A DNA stretch of 64,000 bases from Bugula neritina (lineage: Eukaryota > Animalia > Bryozoa), in contig OZ037766.1 in assembly GCA_964035545.1 (NCBI GenBank), positions 1,054,001 through 1,118,000 on the forward strand, in the 5' to 3' direction. The position numbers and the translations under genes are program-made. The notes beneath the pieces are model-generated. The model saw only the letters and a program-made list of their open reading frames with translations. It made no database searches and was not told where the DNA came from. Shown piece by piece: positions 13,263 to 25,600 of the stretch. Within the stretch, counting starts at the first letter, position 1; each line of letters opens with the position of its first letter.

Positions 13263-13263
13263 C

Positions 13264-13316
<53 letters not shown>

Positions 13317-13317
13317 C

Positions 13318-13411
<94 letters not shown>

Positions 13412-13624
13412 CAATGCAAACTCCTTAATTGTAGATTTACCCCCCAACTGGGAAAGACCTTACGATAAATACAAGGAAGTCAGCCTCTCTCCTCATTCAC
13501 CAGAATTTGAATTTGTCTCCAGGAGCTTCAAAGACACAATTGGTAGACCAGATGATGAGGTTACTGTGTTAGAGGTATTCATGCTCCTTTATTTTGTATA
13601 TGAATTGCAAATCAAACACTTCAC

Positions 13625-13683
<59 letters not shown>

Positions 13684-16600
13684 CATTGCAATTTTGAAGT
13701 TTTTGCAGGTTGTTAGAATTCAAAATCCCAAAATATATTACCTTTATGACGCTCTGAAAGAAAATGTTGCCCTGACACTATCAAAACCTACTAATGATGT
13801 GGAAACCTCCCCTCTGTGGCATGCTACTAAGAAAGCTAATGTTGATAAGATTAAAAAAAACAACTTTGATTGTGGGCTCTCTGGTGCTAAAGGTGAGTTG
13901 AAATTAAATTTTGATAAAACATATTCTGTAGACCATGTGCGCATTGTTTTAGAATTTAGGAGAGTTTTGACATTTTCTAATCATTATAATTTAATTTTTT
14001 ATATATTAAAGATGGGTAGCTTTATAGCTTATGCAATTTTTTTACTATAGTCATACATACTCTTAATTGAATCATAATATATTTACACCGGCGTGGTGAG
14101 TAGATGTGTAGTAATTTTTTAATCTTGCATATGAAGTTTAATGATATTGTAGTAAATATTCAGATATCAAGTTATCCCCCTTGCCCCGTTCCCGTAACTA
14201 GTATTACAGTCACAGTCTCAGTTATTATAACACACTTGTTGGTTTGCCTTTTCTTTTATTTTACAAACAATAACTTATTACAATACTCTTGGTTGATTCC
14301 TTTCTTTATACTTGTAAACCGACAGATGTACCGATGTCGGCAAGTGAGTGCAGGCAGACCGAATGTCGGTTACCGACATGTCCAGTGTCGGTTACCGACA
14401 TGACAAATGTCGGCGCCCCTGCCGAACATCGGCTCCGCCGTCGGTGGAATGTTCTGGAAGGCTCAAATTCCTGTCTTTTGTCAGTATAAAAGCACGCGTT
14501 TTTCCCCAGCTCAGCACTTCAAGACTGGAGTCCGAGCTGTATACATCTTTGTTACAATAAAGATCACTATACACACACGAAGTCACCTCTCTCTTGTCTT
14601 TTCTATAGCAAGGAGTTATGTTCTCTGCCTGAATTCATTCTATAACCTACAAAACTACTACATTGGTGGCAGCGGTGGGATCAGAATAGTCAGGCAGCCC
14701 TTAGAAGAGACAAGGACCTAGCCAGATGTCAAGGACCCCCGACGATGGGGGGGGGGAGGCTCTCACCCTGGAGAGCCTTGTAACTGCTTTCCGAGCAGTC
14801 GGCACGGCTAATCAGGCTCCACCTGGCGACAGGTACCGCCTACAGCCACCGATTTTTGGAGGCGACTGCGACGAAGAGCAGTTCATCAGGGAAATTGAAG
14901 ATGTTGCTACCATCGCCCAATGGCCGGCACCAGTACGTCTTCTACAGCTGCGGTCATGTTTGACTGGACCAGCTAAAAGCTACGCCATTGGAGAGGATGT
15001 TGGGCAAATCTACCAGGCACTCCGGGCCCGTTTCGGGCTGACTGCTAAAGACGCCCGCACCAAACTCCAAAACATGAGGAGGGACCGAAGGACCTCGCTT
15101 CAGGACCATGCTAACGCCATTGAAAGACTGGCATTAATAGCATTCAGCCGAACCGCTCTGGAGGAGCGGCGAGAGCTTGTCTACGGGGCCTTTTTTAGCA
15201 CTGTCAATGGCAGTGCCTTCCAGAAGCACTACTTGGCCGCCAAGATCATTACGATCAAAGAAGCTCTAGAGATGGGTCGGTCCTACTATCAAGTAGACAA
15301 CCCCCACAGAGCCGACTTCACAGCAAGTCAAGTGGGAGAGGCGGCCAAGGGAGAAACTACAGTAGCTGCCGTTGCTGACCCTGCACCACCTTCCTCGCAG
15401 ATCACTATGTTAATAGACATGGTGAAAGGCCTGCAGTCGGAAATAGTGAGACTGCAACAGCAACAAGCCGGCAGCCAAAGGACCGATATTTGGACTAGAC
15501 CAAATCGGCCGAACCAACTCACCTGCTGGGGGTGTGGCGCCCTTGGTCACGTCCAGCGGCAATGCCCCCGCAAGGGGAAACAGCCTTTAAACAACCAAGG
15601 CTCATGGTAGATTCCGCCAACCGTGAGGCCAGGTCCAGCCTCCCATCCAGAGGTACATCAGACGCATATGGAGGAACGACGGACAGAGCGGCCAACCTCA
15701 GATGGCCGAGTCCTCGGAGAAGGGGCCCAGGGGCCCACCTAGACCTCCAGTCGTGCCAGGAAGTACCCAAAGGGAGCCAACCAACATGGGCTGGCAGGCA
15801 CCCCGGAGACCTCGGAGACCGCAAGGTTTTCCCGAACCTCCTGCCCGGCCACTCTACAACAGGTTCGCGGGGTTAGCCCACGAGGTCATAGAAGAAGATT
15901 CAGCTTACTCGCAAGAGTTTCCCAAGCTACCTTCTAGACCTCTAAAAACCCCCATGGTCGTGAAGACCAGGAGATGACCCCACGTGGTCACCCAGGAGGT
16001 GTCACCCACCGAGGCTGACCAGCCTAAAAGTGTCCAGCCCTAGGGCAGCAGCTACTTCCTACCCGGGAAGATTGCAGGAAAAGCTGCCACCTTCCGGTTG
16101 GACACCGGTTGTATTACCAACCTGCCGAGTCAGCGCCCCTTTGACACCCTCGGGGCCCACGTGAGGGCAAGTCTCGAGCCGTATGAGGGAGCGCATGGTA
16201 CGTTGGCGGATGGATCATGCATTCCTTTTTACGGCGTCCTTACACTACCTGGACAAGTCCGTGATCAGGCGATCCACGAGACCTTTATTGTCAGTCATCT
16301 GAAGGAGGACGCAATTCTGGGCATGCCGTTTCTGGAGAAACACCAGTGTCGCATAGACTTCCAGAATTCTGCGTTAATGATGGCTGGCAAGGAACTTGCC
16401 TGCGTTGACAAGTTCGGCAGGCCCTTGGTGGGCGGAGTCCAGGTAGTACACAATAGAGGGGTTTCAAACATCCCTCTTGAGTAATTTGTATTTTAAAGTT
16501 GTCTCCCCCTAGAGGTATTTGGGGCAGTCTCCATAATATATAGAAGGCCCATAAAATAAGTAGAAATATAAGGTTTGAGTGAAAACTACTACTAGTATAA

Positions 16601-19600
16601 GTTTCATTTTTTCTGAGATTAATATTTTGGCATAAGTACACATATGAGCAGTTTCAAAAAAATTTTAAAAAATTTTGTTAATGATAAATGGCACAAAAAC
16701 AAAACTTCAAAGCATATTTGTGGTTTTGGTTATTGAGCAAATCTGAAGCTGGCAGCTGTCATTATTATTTGCTTTGCTGACTGTAACCAGTCTGTTTAAA
16801 GCTGCTAACCTTTCAACTCTTAGAACAATAATAACATCCTCGTAGACTATAATATAGTATAGCTATATTATAGCTGCACTAGTGGGCTCTGTCTTACTGA
16901 ACTCCAAATGCTCCAAATTATGGGTTGGAACACATGCCTGTACGTTTATGAAGACACTGGCTCATTTGTATTAACATGTTCACGTACTTACACACCTATA
17001 CTATGAAAATAACTAAGCCACCCTACTATCTAATATTTCTATATATCAAAAAAATTATTATAAATATAAAGATATGTATTAAAATAGATAGATTAAATTT
17101 GTAATTTCAAACATCTTATCTAAAAATGCTAAACACTGTATAACTATATTATATATGTTTTAAAAACATTTGTTTACATGGCATGCCTGCAAGTCAATGA
17201 AAATATTTAGAGAACAGTAAAAAGAAGCATATAAATTTCCGAATAGTTTCTTTTTTTCTGAGATAAATATTTTGGAAATGTCCCACAATTCAACATTTAA
17301 ATAAAGTCTGTAAAATAATTTTTCACAGTGTAGTCTCAATGAATAATTATTCTTGCAAGCTGGTTTGCGTTTGTTCTGGCATGCCATTTTACAGTGGTCT
17401 AGTTAACTAGGTCAAAGTTCATTGAGGTGGAATTGTTTTATTAACCTCGTGTGTTGATAAAATACTATCATTGGATTTAGAACTTCTCTAAGCAACTTCA
17501 CAGTCTGATTAAATATCTGCGATACCTGTGTAGTAGACGATCCAAACTTAAAAAAATAATATACTAAATCCTTGTATTACATGTATGGATAAAAAATAAT
17601 GCAACAAATTGGCTAAAGCATGTTCAAGTAATGTGAAAAACTCGAAATATAAATGAGTCAAACTAGAGCTAGTCAAGTGTGTGGTGTTTTTGGCTGATTT
17701 ATATGTGTTGTTTAATCAGCTTATTATGTAATGATGTAATCCTATATAATGTAATTTAAGTTAGACAGCTAAGTTGGACAGTTCTCATCGTGCACTTTCT
17801 TGAACAAGCAGTTATGTAATATAGAAAGGCAGTTACTCAACAGAGAGCTTCAAGCAAACAAAATTCTTGCAACAAGGTTGATTGAATACAAAACAGCTGC
17901 TGTTATTCTTATAGCAGCATGCATTGTATAAGAGATAGCCTGATGGTTCACATAGCTTACATCAACGAACTCAATAATTATTAAGCTATTCCAGCTCAGT
18001 GGTTTACATATAGTGACATACCACTGAAAATTATTAGAAACCACAGAAAAGATATAAAGGAGAGAATGCTGGCACAAAGGAAGTATAGCAATGTGGTCAA
18101 ATATATGGCTGAAAACTGACTTAGAGGTAAATAAGTACAAAATGTACATAATATACATTGTAGCTAAATCAGCAAAACCAAATGATTTGATATAAAAAGT
18201 ATTATCTGGGAATTTAGTGAAACTTTGTAGCATTATTTAAAACTCCACTTTTGAGCAAGACCCATATGGAGTAAAGCCAATCTTAATTTCATTAGTGTCA
18301 TAAGAATGCAGTCATTATGACATAGTTCGTTCTTTCTATACTTTACAGCTGGTACTAAATGTACATTTCAACTCTTTTTTGGAAACAAGCCAAGTTGCTT
18401 TGGCTGAAAAGTGCTTTTTTTTGATGATTTTTTTTCTGCAATGCAGCAGTATATAATTTACAATGCTCCAAAAACATTTCTGTATTAGGAATGTTGGTAT
18501 ACCAACAGCTTAATGCAAGAATAATTATTTATTGAAAATACACTGTGAATTTTTTTTACAGACTTAATTTAAACGTTGAATTGTGGGACATTTCCAAAAT
18601 ATTTATCTCAGAAAAAAAGAAACTATTCTGAAATTTATATGCTTCTTTTTACTGTTCTCTAAATATTTTCATTGACTTGCAGGCATGCCATGTAAACAAA
18701 TGCTTTTAAAACATATATAATATAGTTATACAGTGTTTAGCATTTTTAGATAAGATGTTGTTTGAAATTACAAATTTAATCTATCTATTTTAATACATAT
18801 CTTTATATTTATAATAATTTTCTTGATATATAGAAATATTAGATAGTAGGGTGACTTAGTTATTTTCATAGTATAGGTGTGTAAGTACGTGAACATGTTA
18901 ATACAAATGAACCAGTGCCTTCATAAACGTACAGGCATGTGTTCCAACCCATAATTTGGAGCATTTGGAGTTCAGTAAGACAGAGCCCACTAGTGCAGCT
19001 ATAATATAGCTATACTATATTATAGTCTACGAGGATGTTATTATTGTTCTAAGAGTTGAAAGGTTAGCAGCTTTAAACAGACTGGTTACAGTCAGCAAAG
19101 CAAATAATAATGACAGCTGCAGCTTCAGATTTGCTCAATAACCAAAACCACAAATATGCTTTGAAGTTTTGTTTTTGTGCCATTTATCATTAACAAAATT
19201 TTTTAAAAATTTTTTTGAAACTGCTCATATGTGTACTTATGCCAAAATATTAATCTCATAAAAAATGAAACTTATACTAGTAGTAGTCTTCACTCAAACC
19301 TTACATTTCTACTTATTTTATGGGCCTTCTATATATTATGGAGACTGCCCCAAATACCTCTAGGGGGAGACAACTTTAAAATACAAATTACTCAAGAGGG
19401 ATGTTTGAAACCCCTCTATTGAACGGTACCCGGACGGTCCCAGGCTACCCTCCGCTGCAGGGTTAACTGCAAGAGGATAGCTGGACTGGGACTAGTGGAA
19501 GGAGTGCCAGGAGGAATCCAATTGGCGAACAGCCTGAATCGGCTAGACTGCCAGGGAGAACTCTTTGTACAGTGCATTGACCCTTTTACAGAGCCGATTC

Positions 19601-22600
19601 AGCTATCGGCAGGCGCCCTGGTGGGGAAGTATCACTCCATCCAGGAATCGGATGTGGGGCCGGCACTGGGAACAGTGGCCGACGCCCCGGGTGCTTCCCC
19701 TCGGGCCAGACGAACGGCAATACCAGAGCACGTGGCTGGCCTGTATGATGGGGCCAGTGGGAACTGTAGTAGTAGTGCCGATCGCCAAGCACTGGCTCGA
19801 CTGCTGGTAGACTACAGTGATGTCTTTAGTCGCGGAGATGGAGACATAGAGCTGACCAAGGTGGTGTGTCATGAGATACCCTTGGCAGCCAGGACCACCC
19901 CCATCAGGCAGCCTACACGACGACTAGGTCTGGAGAAGGAGAAGGAGGTCAGCAGACAAGTGCAGGATCTTCTCGACCTGATCGAGCCTGCCCACGGTGC
20001 GTGGAGCTCCCCCGAGACCTCACAGAGCTACGCGCATTCCTCGGCCTGGTGGGGTACTATCGGCAGTACATCCTTGGGTCTGCAGAAGTTGCACAGCCAC
20101 TGAATCGGCTATCGGCGAAAGGGGTTCGGTGGCAGTGGATGCAGGAGGAGCAACAGGCATTTGACCACCTCAAGAGTCGGCTAACAGAGGCGCCTATCTT
20201 GGCGTACCCTGACCCAGCCAAAGAATACATCCTGGACACCGACGCTAGCGACCACAACGTGGGAGCTGTTCTGTCACAGGTCCAGGGTGGGACTGAGGTG
20301 GTCGTCGTCTACTACAACAAGACCCTCTCCCCCGCCGAGAAGAACTACTGCACCACCAGGAAAGAGCTCCTGGCAGTAGTTAAGGCGGTGAAGCACTTTC
20401 GGCCATATTTGTATGGGAGAGCGTTCAGGTTGCAAACCGACCATGCGTCTCTAATATGGCTGTGTAAGCGTGCAGAGCCCTCGAGCCAGGTGGCCTGGTG
20501 GCTGGAGATTCTTGCGGAATTCCACTATAGGATCGAGCATCGTGCTGGGAAGAAGGACGGGAATGCCGATGGGATGAGCAGACGGCCAGAGGAGGCCTGC
20601 AAGCAGTGTCTGCACATTGAGGAGCGAGATGGAAGACCTGCCTGCCTTGACATGGAGAGACAGCTCGAGGACGACGACGTCTATAATTGGGAACGCGGCC
20701 AGCTCTAGTCCGAACACCCACCAGACACCGTTAACGCCTTACGGGCCAACCCCACGCTGTATCAAAACGTTAAGGAGTTGAGCCGGCTTCAGCAGACACT
20801 GCCAGGGGCAGTAGCTGACATCTTCTAGGCCAAGAAGGAGGGCCGCCGACCTACCGAGGAACAGCAGCAACAAGGGGACGTCGAGTACTGACACCTCTGT
20901 AGCCGCTGGGATTCCCTCAAGGTCAACCAGGATGGCCTCCTCACCATTACACTCGCAGCAGACAACCGCCGCGAGAGGGAACGCGTCGTAGGTCCACGTG
21001 CCCTCCGGCGGGAAATAATCTGGGACAACCCACAAGCAGGCCCACTCAGGGGCCAGTCGGGTCATCAGATGTCTGAGACTGCGCTGGTACTGGCCCGGAC
21101 TGACTCGAGACGTGCGACTGCGGATACGGCAATGTGAGGTTTGCCAGGCTAGCAAACATGGCCGCCCTACAGAGACCACGAGTCGACGCCGGCTGTACGC
21201 TGGTCAGCCGTGGCAGATAGTGGCGGTAGACCTAGTCGGACCTATGCCGTTATCCGCCAGAGAAAACACCTAGATACTGGTGCTCTCGGACCACTTCACT
21301 CGGTGGGCTGACGCTCTGGCTATACCAGATGCGTCAGCTCCCATCGTGGCCCGGACCCTGGATCAGCAAGTATTTTGCTATTTCGGGCTTCCCGAACAGA
21401 TTCACACTGGCCAGGGGGCCCAGTTCCAGTCCCAGCTGATGGGAGACCTCTGCCGGATATGGGGGGTGAATCAAAACCAGACGACCGCATATCACCCGCA
21501 AGGGAACGGAGTTGTCGAGAGGAACAATCGGATGTTAGGGGATGCCCTCCGAAGCCTGCTCTTGGGCCGAGGACAGGAAGAATGGGACGTGGTACTACCC
21601 CAGATAATGCGGGCTTACCGCAGTACACCACACTCCAGTACCCTGAAAACCCCAAACTTCTTGATGCTCGGCCGAGAGACTCGAGTCCCGGAGCACCTAA
21701 CATACCATGTTCCTGCACCCGAGGCCCCCGTACATGAGTACATAGGGAAACTCATTGAGACGATGGAGCAGGCCCATGAAGCACTGCGCGAACAGCAGTG
21801 GCAGACGAGGACAGAAGACTCCGAGGAGCCCCCACTATACTAAGTAGGAGACTGGGTATGGATGGTGAGCTACCGCAGGCGGCGCGGACAGTCGGCTAAA
21901 CTTCAGCCCAAGTTCGTGGGGCCCTACTGCATCATAGAGGTTCTACAGAATCACACATACCGTGTGGAACGCTCAGGGCAGGTCTCGGTCCAAAACGAGC
22001 AGCGGTTGAAACCCTATGAAGGCAGCTCAGACGCTGCGGGACAGGCACTTCCCCTACTCGAGCCGGCCCGCCAACCCATCTCCAGAGGACGGGTGGCTCG
22101 GCCCAGAGAGTGGGAAATTGCAGTCCAGGACCCAGTAGAACCGGAGCAGACACCAGAACCTCCTCCTCTACCTGGTCCATCAGTTGCGCCGGCCCCAGAG
22201 CCGGCCCCAGTGCCAGAAAGAGCACCCCAGGCTGAAGGAGGTGACCCAGGGATCCCTGCCCCTATCGCACCTCCACCACAGCCTGAGGCACCTATGGAGT
22301 TAGACAGACAGGCCAGGAGCAGAAGACCCCCTAGGTATCTAGCCGATTATCATGTAGGACCCGTGGATCTACCCTCACAAGGGCAGAATTCGCCTAGTAC
22401 AGGCAGTAACCCACATTCCTACGGGCCTAGATACCCTCCTAGAGATACTACAATTGAGTTTACGTACCGAAGATCGGCTGATTCAGACCGCGTGGAGTTG
22501 CCCCTCCAAAGTTCGTCATGGAATATGACCGAACACGTGACCGCGAGCTCGGCACGTAGGAATTTCACAACACGCGGTTCAGCCATTTCAACTCCGGTCC

Positions 22601-25600
22601 CAGAATCAACCACACGTACATTGTTAAACTCAAACTCAAACTCAAACTTACACTCAACTCTACAAGAAATGGGTAACCCTCTTACTGATCTCACTACTAG
22701 TCAAGATCATTCAGGTATGTCAATCGGATCAGAACCTCCGGTGTCGGAGTACGATCCAACTTTTGATTTTAATATAGCAGCAGATACTACTTCAATAAAC
22801 CGGGTAGATACCACCCTAGTTCAAGAACTATCGGCGAACCTGGGGGCTTTGGCAGCTTTTGGTGAATTTTTTGATTCAGATATAAGCTTGGCAAACCTCC
22901 TAGGCTCGCCGAAGCCACGGGTGGTCAAAGCACCTTATAAAGAGGGACCGAAAATCGGTCATACTCAAATCGACCAGTTACGGTCTATACCTACTGTTTC
23001 AGAAGACGCAATAAATATTGGAGCTGATGAGTTGGACCTTCACAACTCTCCCTCTACCCGGAACCCTGTGACGGCTCCTGACAGCCCAAAGAGTTCCTCC
23101 TCCCATGACCAGTCTGTACCCGCCGTACCAGATGAGCCAGCCGAACCCGTGGAAGTACAACTGCCCGCGAGGGAGCCAAGTGCAATTCTGGGCGGTGGGG
23201 CTGTCCACGCGGATACAGGCAGGCCAGGTCGGAGCAAGTTGGCACTGCCCAAGGTACTGACGGACCGTCAGTACTGGATTACGCAGCAAACTAAGATCAA
23301 CATTGATGAAACATGCGGGCTACCTGGCAACCTCAAGTGCCGCCAATGCGGTAAGCACTTTACTCCCGCACGGCGACTGAGGGTGCATGCCCCCCAACAT
23401 TATACGAACCTGTTCTGCCTGTGTGAAGAACACTTCTTTCAGCGAGATTATATCTCCAGCCACCAGCGTATTGCACGGTGCCACACGGGCAGGACCTTCG
23501 TCGTTGATGCTACCCCATTCCACGAGTTCCGGGACCTCATTCTCCCCCACGTGAGAAATCCCAGGAAACGGGCAATCCTTGCGCAAGAGTTTCCCGCGTG
23601 CCGGCCTGTCCGGGAAGATTCTGATGGTGAAGACACTCTAGCCCCAAACCAGCCAGCAACTACCCAGCCTCTCCGAGTTGTGTTAAACCGCGTGGCCTCT
23701 GATGAACCAGCCACTACCAGGAGGAGCCCTCAACGCACCAGACCACCTACCAGCCAGCATTCTTCTAGACGCTCACCTACCCGATCAACTACTAGACAGC
23801 ATTTCTACAGCACCAGCTCCCGACTCTCAGCCACGACAACCCACTCCTCTTCGACTGACCACCATGTCTCTCCTCCTCTCCCCGCTGCTCCTACTCACCG
23901 TCCTGCTCCCTCTACTCGCCATCAGCCTGCACACACCTGCCCTCGCGGGGGAGAGATACAAAGACTGAAGAGGCACCTGCAGAGGTGCGAAGAAGATATC
24001 CAGGCCCTCTGCAGGCAGCTTAGTCACCAATAGGACTACTATCGTGCTGAGTACTTACATTTTATATAGTGTGTTCTCGTGTTATTACAACTACGTGTGT
24101 ACATAATAGTGTGTGTATAGTATAAGTTTTATTTTTTATTTTTTTTGTGTATTACCGTCCTTTACTCTTATTATACTACCCTGCGTGCTGGCAGATCTCC
24201 CCCTACTAAGTGTTACTCCCCCATATTTTTTTCTATATATATATGTATACATATACATGTAAGCCTGCATTATTTATTTTATTCAGAACCTCAACCAAGT
24301 TTTATTTTATTTTTTTTATTATTTCTTTTGTGCTTTCCAGTAGCCTTAGCTCTGCATTTATGCTAGTCCCCATGCCCTCGGCCAGTTTACGTTGTTATAT
24401 TTACCTTCTGTTTTCTTGTATCAGAAACTGTACTTTCTGATAGGGGGTGAGTGTAGTAAATATCCAGATATCAAGTTATCCCCCTTGCCCCGTTCCCGTA
24501 ACTAGTATTACAGTCACAGTCTCAGTTATTATAACACACTTGTTGGTTTGCCTTTTCTTTTATTTTACAAACAATAACTTATTACAATACTCTTGGTTGA
24601 TTCCTTTCTTTATACTTGTAAACCGACAGATGTACCGATGTCGGCAGGTGAGTGCAGGCAGATCGAATGTCGGTTACCGACATGTCCAGTGTCGGTTACC
24701 GACATGACGAATGTTGGCGCCCCTGCCGATCATCGGCTCCGCTGTCGGTGGAATGTTCTGGAAGGCCCAAATTCCTGTCTTTTGTCAGTATAAAAGCACG
24801 CGTTTTTCCCCAGCTCAGCACTTCAAGACTGGAGTCCGAGCTGTATACATCTTTGTTACAATAAAGATCACTATACACACACGAAGTCACCTCTCTCTTG
24901 TCTTTTCTATAGCAAGGAGTTATGCTCTCTGCCTGAATTCATTCTATAACCCACAAAACTACTACAATGTAAACTCGAAAGTACAGTAATTAACAAAATG
25001 ATAAAATATTGTAGCTTCTCTACAAATCAATTCTGACGTATTCCTTAGAAATCAGTTTCACAAATATTCACTTTAACTGCATTGTTCATTGCATTTTATA
25101 AGCATATATAGTCATACTAAAACTTCATAGGCATAGTTGTTTAACCTATAATCATACTAAAACTTTGTTCTAAACTTTGTAGTAAATTTTATACTTCAAC
25201 TTGCAGCCTTTATATTTAGAGAAATCTCCGGTTTACGTGGCAACGTTTTCAACTAACTAAAATATGGTTGTTTCTTTTGTATTTTGTTCCAATTTTTGTG
25301 ACAGAATCAACAATTTTCAAAAAATATTTAGTCTTCAAACAAAAGCAACATAAATTCTAGTATTGCTGTAAATTTATTATCAGCTAGAATCATGACAGAA
25401 TTATAAATTTGAGTAAAATAATATTTTGAATGTCATTTATTGCTTTAATAATTAAATTAACTTCTTTTCTACTTGACTTTTCTAGCCTGACACTTTTTTA
25501 AAATATTCTCTAAATATCACCATCAAATTTGTTTTTAATGGCTTATTTTTCATTAACTAATGCAAAAAAGATCTACTACTGGTGAACGCGCTTTGCTGTG

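Larger units (their letters stand above)
14148..24966 (+). mobile_element. Gypsy/Ty3 LTR retrotransposon, non-autonomous, in the last intron of PARP B in sense orientation
   Basis: Two 515-bp LTRs (TGTAGT...ACTACA), 4-bp TSD ATAT/ATGT, PBS, PPT, and domain order gag-PR-RT-RH-IN. Confidence 0.97.

Noticed and set aside
14664-14681. tRNA gene
   Set aside because: Only an 18-nt complement of a tRNA 3' end (PBS); no cloverleaf
14104-14721. Duplicated short ORFs (also 24447-24989)
   Set aside because: Incidental frames in the two LTR copies
17850-18233. ORF in the foldback spacer as a transposase
   Set aside because: No recognisable DDE or DNA-binding motif; composition like AT-rich non-coding DNA
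22350-24033. env gene or chromodomain after integrase
   Set aside because: No signal peptide, transmembrane helix or chromodomain aromatic pattern; zinc fingers instead
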